The notes beneath the pieces are model-generated. The model saw only the letters and a program-made list of their open reading frames with translations, was not told the origin of the DNA and ran no database searches. From positions 882 to 64,881 of the forward strand of contig CAYGNF010000002.1 in NCBI GenBank assembly GCA_964351245.1: a stretch of 64,000 bases of DNA. Direction: 5' to 3'. Within the stretch, counting starts at the first letter, position 1. Every line of letters starts with the position of its first letter. Shown here piece by piece: positions 40,203-48,237 of this stretch. The position numbers and the translations under genes are program-made. Origin of the DNA: an uncultured Rickettsiaceae bacterium (GTDB taxonomy: Bacteria; Pseudomonadota; Alphaproteobacteria; Rickettsiales; Rickettsiaceae).

Positions 40203-42239
40203 ATGAGAGATCTAAAAATTTTAAATGTAATGACAAAAATTTTCTTGTTGCTGATGTTGACCTTGTATACAAGTATCACCCTATTTGACGTTAAGGCAGA
40301 ATATGGAGGCACTTGCGCTCCTAGGCAAAATACAATGATCTTAGATGATGCACTCAGTAATCTCTCGAGTAGTACTATTTATAAATTTGTACTTTCTCTG
40401 ATTGATATAGAAAATTGTGGCAATAATTTTAATGGCGGATGCTTTGAGACAAATTACGATTCAATGAATGTATGCGTGAAGACCTTAGATACTTTAGATG
40501 ATGAAGCAACCATAACCAACAGCAGGCAATATAAATTTAATGTTGGAGAATTGTATAGATTGGGTGATATGACATCTCATCCTTTGGTTATAGGTGATGA
40601 TAATTTATCGAATATCGTCTTAGCAGCTGGACTGATAGACTCTAAATTATGTATTGTGATGCCCACCCATTTTGGGTACGCTCCTCTTGCATGTAGAAAT
40701 ACGCGTATTAATAACCTTAGTGATTCTATAAGAGATTATAGTAAATGCAATGTTTCGCAAAGCTGCAATCTTAATGGCTCAGGATTTAATCCTAGCAAGA
40801 CAAAGAATAATACATTCGGCATTGCTATGAAGTGTTTTTTAGATTCAATGGATATGGTATTTTTTGATCCGGCAACATGCTCTCAAAACAACGTCACTAT
40901 TGCAGAACAAATAGAGGCAACCTCAAAAGTATCCCTTACACCTTTTGTTGATTTTTTTAATATAATGAAAAATATAGTGTTTGCAGCCATTACTCTATAC
41001 GTGATCATCATAGGTATGAATATGGCCTTGAACCCACATGAATTTAATGCAGGATCTTTATTTATTGCTGTGCTTAAAATTATTTTAGTGCTTTTTTTCT
41101 CTATAGGGCTCAATAGCAATAATTGGATGACAGGAAAAACGCACAATGAGAATGGCATTACCTCTCTTGTATTACCGATGGCAATAAAATTTTCTCAAGA
41201 AATGTCCAGTTATTTTCTAAATAATAGCAACGACAATAATCTTTGTTATTTTGACTCAGGAGATTACGATGATCCTAATTACAGTTATTTTTCTATCTGG
41301 GATTCTTTTGATTGCAGAATGAATGTTTATACCGGATTGAGCCCAGTACTATTTCAAAATGCTGTACGAGATACTTTAAGACGTATAGATATATCTGGGG
41401 AGATACCTTCAAGCGCTCCTAATTCTGATTTTAGATCAAAAGATATGCATTATGCTCTCACTTCCAGCGATAAATTTGTAGAGAATCAGAATATTGGCGT
41501 AGTAGGTAACTCTTATCCACAAGGTATTCCTATTATAATTGTTATGGCGTCATTGATTTTGGGGGGTAGTGGTATTATAGCTTGGATTGGACCTGTTGTT
41601 CTGGTGTTACTGATGCTGGTTCTGTGCGTGATAACATTAACTAGCTCTGTAGCATCAATGGTTTTCATTTATATATTAGCGTATGTAGCACCTATTTTTG
41701 TCCCTATGGCTTTATTCGAGAGAACAAAAACTTTCTTCGAAAAATGGATGTATCTGGTAATATCCTGTGCATTATATCCAGTAATTTATATAGCAATATC
41801 AGCATTTTGTGTATCGATGATTGATCAGCTCATGTTTGAGGATTGTGTATTTAAAAAATATGAACATGATGAACAATACATCTTCGCACTTATGGTGCCA
41901 GATAACGAGGAAGGCAGGAGGTCTTGTAAAAGTAGCATGGGATATACTTTGATGCATTACTATCAAACCAATTATGGGTGGAGGAATGTTGATTTATTAT
42001 TGTTTAATACGTATGTCAACGTTGATCCGGGCAATTTATTAACCAAGAGCTTGCGCGGCTTAATTGTATGTTTTTTTCTTGGATATTTTATTACTAAAAT
42101 AGATGAAATTGCATCTTCAATATCTCAATCTATTGGCACTGGAGCAGTTACGAGCTCTCCAGTAGATATATATAATGATATCAGTAAGAGTGTTGCAGGT
42201 CTTGCGGATTCAGCAGTAAAGGGGTTTAAGGGATCATGA
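40203..42239 (+). CDS. virB6: VirB6/TrbL-family T4SS inner-membrane protein, paralogue 2
   Basis: Signal peptide. Core motifs AAITLYVIIIGMNMAL and VAPIFVPMALFERTKTFFEKWMYLVISCALYPVI. Shortest tail of the five. Confidence 0.8.
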   Translation: MRDLKILNVMTKIFLLLMLTLYTSITLFDVKAEYGGTCAPRQNTMILDDALSNLSSSTIYKFVLSLIDIENCGNNFNGGCFETNYDSMNVCVKTLDTLDDEATITNSRQYKFNVGELYRLGDMTSHPLVIGDDNLSNIVLAAGLIDSKLCIVMPTHFGYAPLACRNTRINNLSDSIRDYSKCNVSQSCNLNGSGFNPSKTKNNTFGIAMKCFLDSMDMVFFDPATCSQNNVTIAEQIEATSKVSLTPFVDFFNIMKNIVFAAITLYVIIIGMNMALNPHEFNAGSLFIAVLKIILVLFFSIGLNSNNWMTGKTHNENGITSLVLPMAIKFSQEMSSYFLNNSNDNNLCYFDSGDYDDPNYSYFSIWDSFDCRMNVYTGLSPVLFQNAVRDTLRRIDISGEIPSSAPNSDFRSKDMHYALTSSDKFVENQNIGVVGNSYPQGIPIIIVMASLILGGSGIIAWIGPVVLVLLMLVLCVITLTSSVASMVFIYILAYVAPIFVPMALFERTKTFFEKWMYLVISCALYPVIYIAISAFCVSMIDQLMFEDCVFKKYEHDEQYIFALMVPDNEEGRRSCKSSMGYTLMHYYQTNYGWRNVDLLLFNTYVNVDPGNLLTKSLRGLIVCFFLGYFITKIDEIASSISQSIGTGAVTSSPVDIYNDISKSVAGLADSAVKGFKGS

Positions 42240-45200
42240 AAAACTCATTTAGCAATATGACAAATCAGATATTTGAGAAAGTAAAAACTATTCTCATATT
42301 TGCTCTTGTTCTTTTTGTAATAATTACTGTTGTATCTTTTATGCTAGGCGTGAAGCCCCTTTTTAAATCATGTTGGCTTAGATACGGAGGAGATGACGCT
42401 CCCTCAACTAAGAAATATTCACATCTCAAATATACCTCCTTGAAAGCAAATGGTAACTATGAAGGTACTATTAGTTATAATGAAGCAGGCGATGAAGCTA
42501 CAGTCACCAATCCAAATTCTTATGGCAAGTGGCTTAATGCCCTTTCTATATCTACTCCAGACTCTTTAAATATTACAGTAGAAGGTAAGATAAGTTTATG
42601 TATGGCGCACTTACCTAATTACAATATTCAAGACGGCAGTGCTGGGGGTCAGAATATAGAGATTCCAAGAGTAGATACTGCTGGAAGTGAAGATGGTTCT
42701 AGCAATGGTTATTTAACATTATTTTTTCCGGCAAGCGCTCCCACATGGCGTAACGCATTTGCCGTTAATGCTAATGATGAGGTAAGAATTCTAGTAGAAG
42801 AGCCGGTAACGGATATGAACACGGTTAATATCACCGCAGTTTCGATGCTTAATGCTATTAGTAATACCACTACTAATCCAGCTAATTGCTCAGGATCAGT
42901 AATAGCCAATGTAAACCCTATTTGCGGCAGAGTAGGAATTTATGGATCTGGTTACGTAAGTAATTGCCAGAGGAATATTCAATGCGTCGAGGTACGGAGG
43001 TGCAAAAAAGATAAAGGCGATGGACACACAATAACATCAAATTGTGACACGGAATTAAGAGATCCATTTGATACACAAGAGCCTTGTAGATACACCGGAG
43101 GAGGCTCAGCATGTAATACCAGTGATTGTAACAGAGATAAAGGAGACCGTTACACTTACTCCGGTAATTTAATAATGCCTATATTTAACGCTAATACAAT
43201 TTTTTTATACCAAGATCATCAGACGGATGATGGTATAGCACCATCTGCAACCGCGAGTGATTTTTTCTTGAGCAATAATACTGACTGTAATGCACTAGGA
43301 GTATCCCATGGATTTATTGCGCCAGATAGTAATGAGAAGGTTGAGATTGATTATGAAGCTGGCCAAAACTATGGCTGGAGGGGGGATGGTCCTGTGCCAG
43401 AATCTTTTGGAGTTCCTAGTCCTGCTGATAATTATGCATGGATGATAGAAGGTGATGGGCTATTAATGCAATATAATTCTAGCGCAAATCTTCCTCCAGC
43501 TATTAATCCTACAGATCCTTCAACTTCATTACTTAGAACACAAGGGTATCCTGTAGCTCGAGATGGAGTTAACTCAATAGGAAAGATTTTACTCTCAGAG
43601 ATTGTGCCAGCAAACAGCGTTGGTAATACAGGTCAAGCATTTTTGCAACTTAGATATATTCAGAGACCTGGCTTTTCTGACCCATCTAGAAATACCGGAG
43701 GGTATGTATTGCATCTACAGCAAACAAAGTGCAAAAGATCTGACGGTGAGTTTTTTAGTGATGCGGATTATACCAACAGAGGGCAAATTAAGTACTATCT
43801 TCTGCCTCACGAATACGACATGAATAATTTGCCTACAGAGGACCCTGATTTCGATATTAACGACTATCAACATGGGGTTTTGCGTTTTGAAGGATCCAAA
43901 ACTATTTTATCTATAGACCAGGAGAAATATGAGGCGTGGCCTAATCAAAATTTATGGTTATTAATTGACAATAAGGCCGAAGATTATGCCAAAAGCACTG
44001 GGGACTATAACGTAATCTTCAAGACAAATGTTCTAATAGGCAATTTTTCTGGCGTAGTTTTACAAAAGCTTTTTGATATTATCAATGCATATACAGAAAA
44101 AGTATCTATCCAAAAAATCAAATCTGCAATTTGCTATGATAATGACAATGCTAGATGTGCTTCGTTTTTTCTTTATATCAAAGCTATGCTGACTCTATAT
44201 GTGGTCATTTTTGGAATGCTTTTTTTATTGGGGAGAATCAACTTAAACGCACAAGTATTTTTAACTCACATACTTAAAGTAATTATAGTGGGCGGGTTAA
44301 CAAATGACAAAACTTTTGATTTTTTTAATAATTATTTATACCATCTCATATTTGACTTTGTAGATGGAATTATGGCGCATCTTGGAGGCAATAATAGTGG
44401 TAACCCATTTGCATATATGGATGATTTATTTGGGCGCATATTACTGAATCCAATTACATATGTTCAGTTAATGGCGATTATCTCTTTTGGTATTTCTGGG
44501 GTCGTGACTTTTGTAGTGATAATGCTATCTTTGATTATGTTTAGTATAGCGAACTTATCAGGTATTGCCGCATATATTTTCTCAAAATTTATTATAGCCA
44601 TTCTACTATTCTTGGGGCCACTATTTTTAACTTTTTGGTTATTTCAAGTAACATCGAGATATTTTCAAGTATGGATCAACCATTTAGCCAAGGCTATTAT
44701 TGAGCCAATTATTATATGCACCGGACTTTCTATATTTACTAAATTATTTATTGTTTATTTAGATAGAACTTTATCTTATAGCGTGTGTTTCAAGTGCGCT
44801 ATGCCATTTAAGATGGGGGATATTGCTAACATTCTATTCCCCTCCTTACCTCAAGTATTTAAAGATGTAGAGATATTCTGCCTTCATTGGTTTGCTCCTT
44901 GGGGGGTGGATTCTAGGTATGGATTGTCAGGTCTTTCTATACCTGATGCGATGGGTATGCTAATTATAGCAATTTGTGCCTATACTTATATTGCACTCGC
45001 TACTGCTATTGCTAGTGAGATATCGCAAGTAGGTGGTTTTTCCTCAGGGGCTGCTGCTATTAGTGTACAACAAAACATGACTAATCGTGTTTCTTATTGG
45101 GGGGGCGGTGCCGCTGGCCTTGCTTATTATGCAATCAAAGAGGGTGGATCCCGCATTTGGTCACTAGGATCGAGCACTGTACAATCTCGAGCCATTAAAA

Positions 45201-45538
45201 GCAATGATGATGCTCGTGATGAAGTATCTGATAATAATGATCGCGGTTTGGGTGTTAATAATAGAGAATACCCACCATCTGAGAATAAGACTGAGAATAA
45301 GACTGAGAATAAGACTGAGAATAAGGCAAATGATAAGAATACAAACAAAATCATGTCATTTCTTAAAGACAAGCTCAAAAATACAGATCAACTAACATCT
45401 AAGGATATAATAGATCAGTTGCATCAATACGATCCGAGCGCGAAGGATAAAACCACTCAGAATATGATTAAAAAACTATCCAAAGAGGATTCGAACTACT
45501 TTAATAACCTAATATCATCGATAAAAGATAATGACTAG
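42236..45538 (+). CDS. virB6: VirB6/TrbL-family T4SS inner-membrane protein, paralogue 3 (largest, 1100 aa)
   Basis: ATGA overlap with paralogue 2. About 600-aa N-terminal domain. Core motifs MLTLYVVIFGMLFLLG, FDFFNNYLY and LGPLFLTFWLFQVTSRYFQVWINHLAKAIIEPII. Long N/K/D-rich tail containing ENKT repeats. Confidence 0.8.
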   Translation: MKNSFSNMTNQIFEKVKTILIFALVLFVIITVVSFMLGVKPLFKSCWLRYGGDDAPSTKKYSHLKYTSLKANGNYEGTISYNEAGDEATVTNPNSYGKWLNALSISTPDSLNITVEGKISLCMAHLPNYNIQDGSAGGQNIEIPRVDTAGSEDGSSNGYLTLFFPASAPTWRNAFAVNANDEVRILVEEPVTDMNTVNITAVSMLNAISNTTTNPANCSGSVIANVNPICGRVGIYGSGYVSNCQRNIQCVEVRRCKKDKGDGHTITSNCDTELRDPFDTQEPCRYTGGGSACNTSDCNRDKGDRYTYSGNLIMPIFNANTIFLYQDHQTDDGIAPSATASDFFLSNNTDCNALGVSHGFIAPDSNEKVEIDYEAGQNYGWRGDGPVPESFGVPSPADNYAWMIEGDGLLMQYNSSANLPPAINPTDPSTSLLRTQGYPVARDGVNSIGKILLSEIVPANSVGNTGQAFLQLRYIQRPGFSDPSRNTGGYVLHLQQTKCKRSDGEFFSDADYTNRGQIKYYLLPHEYDMNNLPTEDPDFDINDYQHGVLRFEGSKTILSIDQEKYEAWPNQNLWLLIDNKAEDYAKSTGDYNVIFKTNVLIGNFSGVVLQKLFDIINAYTEKVSIQKIKSAICYDNDNARCASFFLYIKAMLTLYVVIFGMLFLLGRINLNAQVFLTHILKVIIVGGLTNDKTFDFFNNYLYHLIFDFVDGIMAHLGGNNSGNPFAYMDDLFGRILLNPITYVQLMAIISFGISGVVTFVVIMLSLIMFSIANLSGIAAYIFSKFIIAILLFLGPLFLTFWLFQVTSRYFQVWINHLAKAIIEPIIICTGLSIFTKLFIVYLDRTLSYSVCFKCAMPFKMGDIANILFPSLPQVFKDVEIFCLHWFAPWGVDSRYGLSGLSIPDAMGMLIIAICAYTYIALATAIASEISQVGGFSSGAAAISVQQNMTNRVSYWGGGAAGLAYYAIKEGGSRIWSLGSSTVQSRAIKSNDDARDEVSDNNDRGLGVNNREYPPSENKTENKTENKTENKANDKNTNKIMSFLKDKLKNTDQLTSKDIIDQLHQYDPSAKDKTTQNMIKKLSKEDSNYFNNLISSIKDND
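45281..45326 (+). repeat. 12-bp tandem repeat (GAGAATAAGACT x about 3.8) encoding ENKT repeats
   Basis: Read directly: gagaataagact gagaataagact gagaataagact gagaataagg, in frame in the C-terminal tail of virB6 paralogue 3. Confidence 0.9.
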
Positions 45539-45613
45539 ATACACAACAATACGAATACAATACCATCTAATTCAAAATGATATTATGCAAATAAATAGAG
45601 TACAATATATATA

Positions 45614-48124
45614 ATGAACACAGATCCTTCCCAAATTGCTGCCGAAATTGTTGCCAAAATTGTACAAATTATTAGTATTATAGGATTATTAATAGCCTGT
45701 CTTACTATAATGTTAGTAGTGCTGATGATAATGTACAACAACGTTGGCTCAATAGGAGATTGCAAAACATTTAATGTAGATAACAAAATTAACTCTGTGG
45801 ATATATTAGATATAGCAGAAGGTAACCCGTCTCATACAATTGATACAGGTAGAATAGTCAAATCTGGGTTATTTTTTAAGGCAACTATTGATTATAACAG
45901 ATTATTTATCAAGCCACAAAAATATAGGGCAATAGTAAAAATAGATCCAAGATTTGCAGAGCCAATAGTGTTTCTAGCAAGATATGATGATAGAAATAAC
46001 CAGCCTTATATTCCTGATTGGACTAATGTATCTACAAGCAATAGTAGCGCATTTGAGAATAGAATAGTAAATTTATTAAATTATCAATCCAGATCTCTAA
46101 TTCCTGTAAAAAATGCAGATGTAATAAGTATTAGGCAGATAGATTATAATGAATTTTACGATTCTAATATGTCTTCCATAAGTGGGGACATATTACCTCA
46201 TATCGAAAATGCTTATATGGATCTTTCTTCTCTCGTCACATCATCAGGAGGTATAGATAATTGCATTGTAATGACTAAAGATACAGGTAGCATATGTTCT
46301 CAGGGTAATTGCAATGCCAGTGCAATGATGAGCTATGCATATATGGGTATAGCCAATAGCCCGAGCTTATCTTGTGGTATCGCAAAATGCCAAGAAATAT
46401 CATCATCTAACACTTCTAGCTGCGCCCTCGAGAATACTTTGGGTCTGACCATTACCCTTGGCAATGAGATCAAAAAAACACCTTATAATCCCTTTATTAA
46501 CATTGGCACAGATACATCTCCGAACTTAGTATATTATATATATTCTAATCAGGATAATTATCTAAATTTTGGTTATGGATTTGATATCTTAGGTACAATC
46601 AGCAATCCAAGTGGTAATAATAACTGGCAGATGATCGGGGATGTTTATACCAATTATCCCAACATATCTTCTATTACATCGAATAATTTTCTATCCGATA
46701 TTAGCAATTTTGATATTAGGCATTTTTTTGCTGGTAGATATTTCCTTGCAATAGAAGTGGGTAGTGCCACTGGAGATGCTTTTCAAGAGAAATTATCAAA
46801 TATATCGATCACTTATGCTATTAAAGATGATCAAGGAGTGATAGTAGAAACTGGCAATGCGGCAAGTCTAGCAGGTGGACGTAATGCCGGCAGTACTGGA
46901 TCTATTAGTTATACTATTGCACATCCACATGATGATATTGGTGGCAATCTCGTTATTACTACTGAGGCATATAGTGAAGATGTCGGTATATCTAATATCC
47001 TGAATTCAAGATTGATCAAGCCATTAAAAACCCAAATTCAGGCTTTATCTAAAACACTATATATAACAATAGTCACAGATTCGACTTTCCAATTGATTAT
47101 TAGATCTATGATGGTGATATCTTTAATATTGTATACAATGAGCTTTCTGTTAGGCTTTATAGAGATCAAGTCGAAGGATTTATTAATTTTTACAGTAAAA
47201 TTAATTATAGTCAGTCAGCTTACGACTGCAGATAGCTGGAATTTCTTTAACGAATATCTTTTTAAAGTTTTTTTAGAGAGTACTGATTTCTTGATGAGCA
47301 CAGTATCTGGTAGCGTAATCTCCTTGAACAATCCCTTTGGGTTTATTGATCCTATTTTGTCTAAATATTTTAATAGCGATTTGTGGCTCATTATTGCTAC
47401 ATACCTAGCATTCTGGCCTCTGGGTTTTGTAATACCCGGATTACTTATAGCAATCGGAATATTCATGTTTACAATCTCTTTACTCGAGATGGTAGTCTCT
47501 TATTTGATAGCATTCTGGGGTTTGTGTATATTGATATCTCTTGCCCCAATATTCATACTCTTTCTCTTATTTAACAAAACTCGTAGTTTATTTGACGGAT
47601 GGATTAATGTTATGCTTGGCTATGTGCTGAAGCCAACTTTTGCATTAATTTTTATTTTATTTGTTGATAGTATTGCGACTGATATATTAGATGATAGTCT
47701 CGCAATTTGCAAAGAATGTATCTTGAATTTGCATTTCAACCTTTCGAAAGAGGTGGGGCTTGACTTTCTTTCAATATTTACAATCCCTGGTATTTGTATT
47801 AATGCCTATATACCAAGACCATTAAACATCCTTGGTATTTTTAGAATGACTTTGGTATTTTATATTATCATGCAACTCATGCGAAACGCCATTGCGCTCT
47901 CAACCGAGATGGCTAATAGATTGACCGAAGGCGCTGTAAGTGGAGGTGGATCAGCAAGCTCTGCAGCAGCATTTATGGATCAAGGCTCTCAATATGCTGC
48001 ATATGGTGCAGGAATGGGGGCTAGAGGTGCCACTTCTGCAGGTAGCGCTGCTGGATCTAGAATGAAATCTCTTGGTGGCAGATTGACAACATCGAGCAAA
48101 AATGATGATAATGTGTCAAATTAG
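45614..48124 (+). CDS. virB6: VirB6/TrbL-family T4SS inner-membrane protein, paralogue 4
   Basis: N-terminal TM anchor and a ~480-aa N-terminal domain. Core motifs VISLILYTMSFLLGF, WNFFNEYLF and LAPIFILFLLFNKTRSLFDGWINVMLGYVLKPTF. G/A/S-rich tail. Confidence 0.8.
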   Translation: MNTDPSQIAAEIVAKIVQIISIIGLLIACLTIMLVVLMIMYNNVGSIGDCKTFNVDNKINSVDILDIAEGNPSHTIDTGRIVKSGLFFKATIDYNRLFIKPQKYRAIVKIDPRFAEPIVFLARYDDRNNQPYIPDWTNVSTSNSSAFENRIVNLLNYQSRSLIPVKNADVISIRQIDYNEFYDSNMSSISGDILPHIENAYMDLSSLVTSSGGIDNCIVMTKDTGSICSQGNCNASAMMSYAYMGIANSPSLSCGIAKCQEISSSNTSSCALENTLGLTITLGNEIKKTPYNPFINIGTDTSPNLVYYIYSNQDNYLNFGYGFDILGTISNPSGNNNWQMIGDVYTNYPNISSITSNNFLSDISNFDIRHFFAGRYFLAIEVGSATGDAFQEKLSNISITYAIKDDQGVIVETGNAASLAGGRNAGSTGSISYTIAHPHDDIGGNLVITTEAYSEDVGISNILNSRLIKPLKTQIQALSKTLYITIVTDSTFQLIIRSMMVISLILYTMSFLLGFIEIKSKDLLIFTVKLIIVSQLTTADSWNFFNEYLFKVFLESTDFLMSTVSGSVISLNNPFGFIDPILSKYFNSDLWLIIATYLAFWPLGFVIPGLLIAIGIFMFTISLLEMVVSYLIAFWGLCILISLAPIFILFLLFNKTRSLFDGWINVMLGYVLKPTFALIFILFVDSIATDILDDSLAICKECILNLHFNLSKEVGLDFLSIFTIPGICINAYIPRPLNILGIFRMTLVFYIIMQLMRNAIALSTEMANRLTEGAVSGGGSASSAAAFMDQGSQYAAYGAGMGARGATSAGSAAGSRMKSLGGRLTTSSKNDDNVSN

Positions 48125-48237
48125 ATACTAAAAGAATATGCATTGATATTATAGATTATTTATTTAATAAAAATATATTGGATATTGCTGCAAGCTATAT
48201 AAGATCAATGGATTTATGGGTATTAGTTGTTTTAAGT

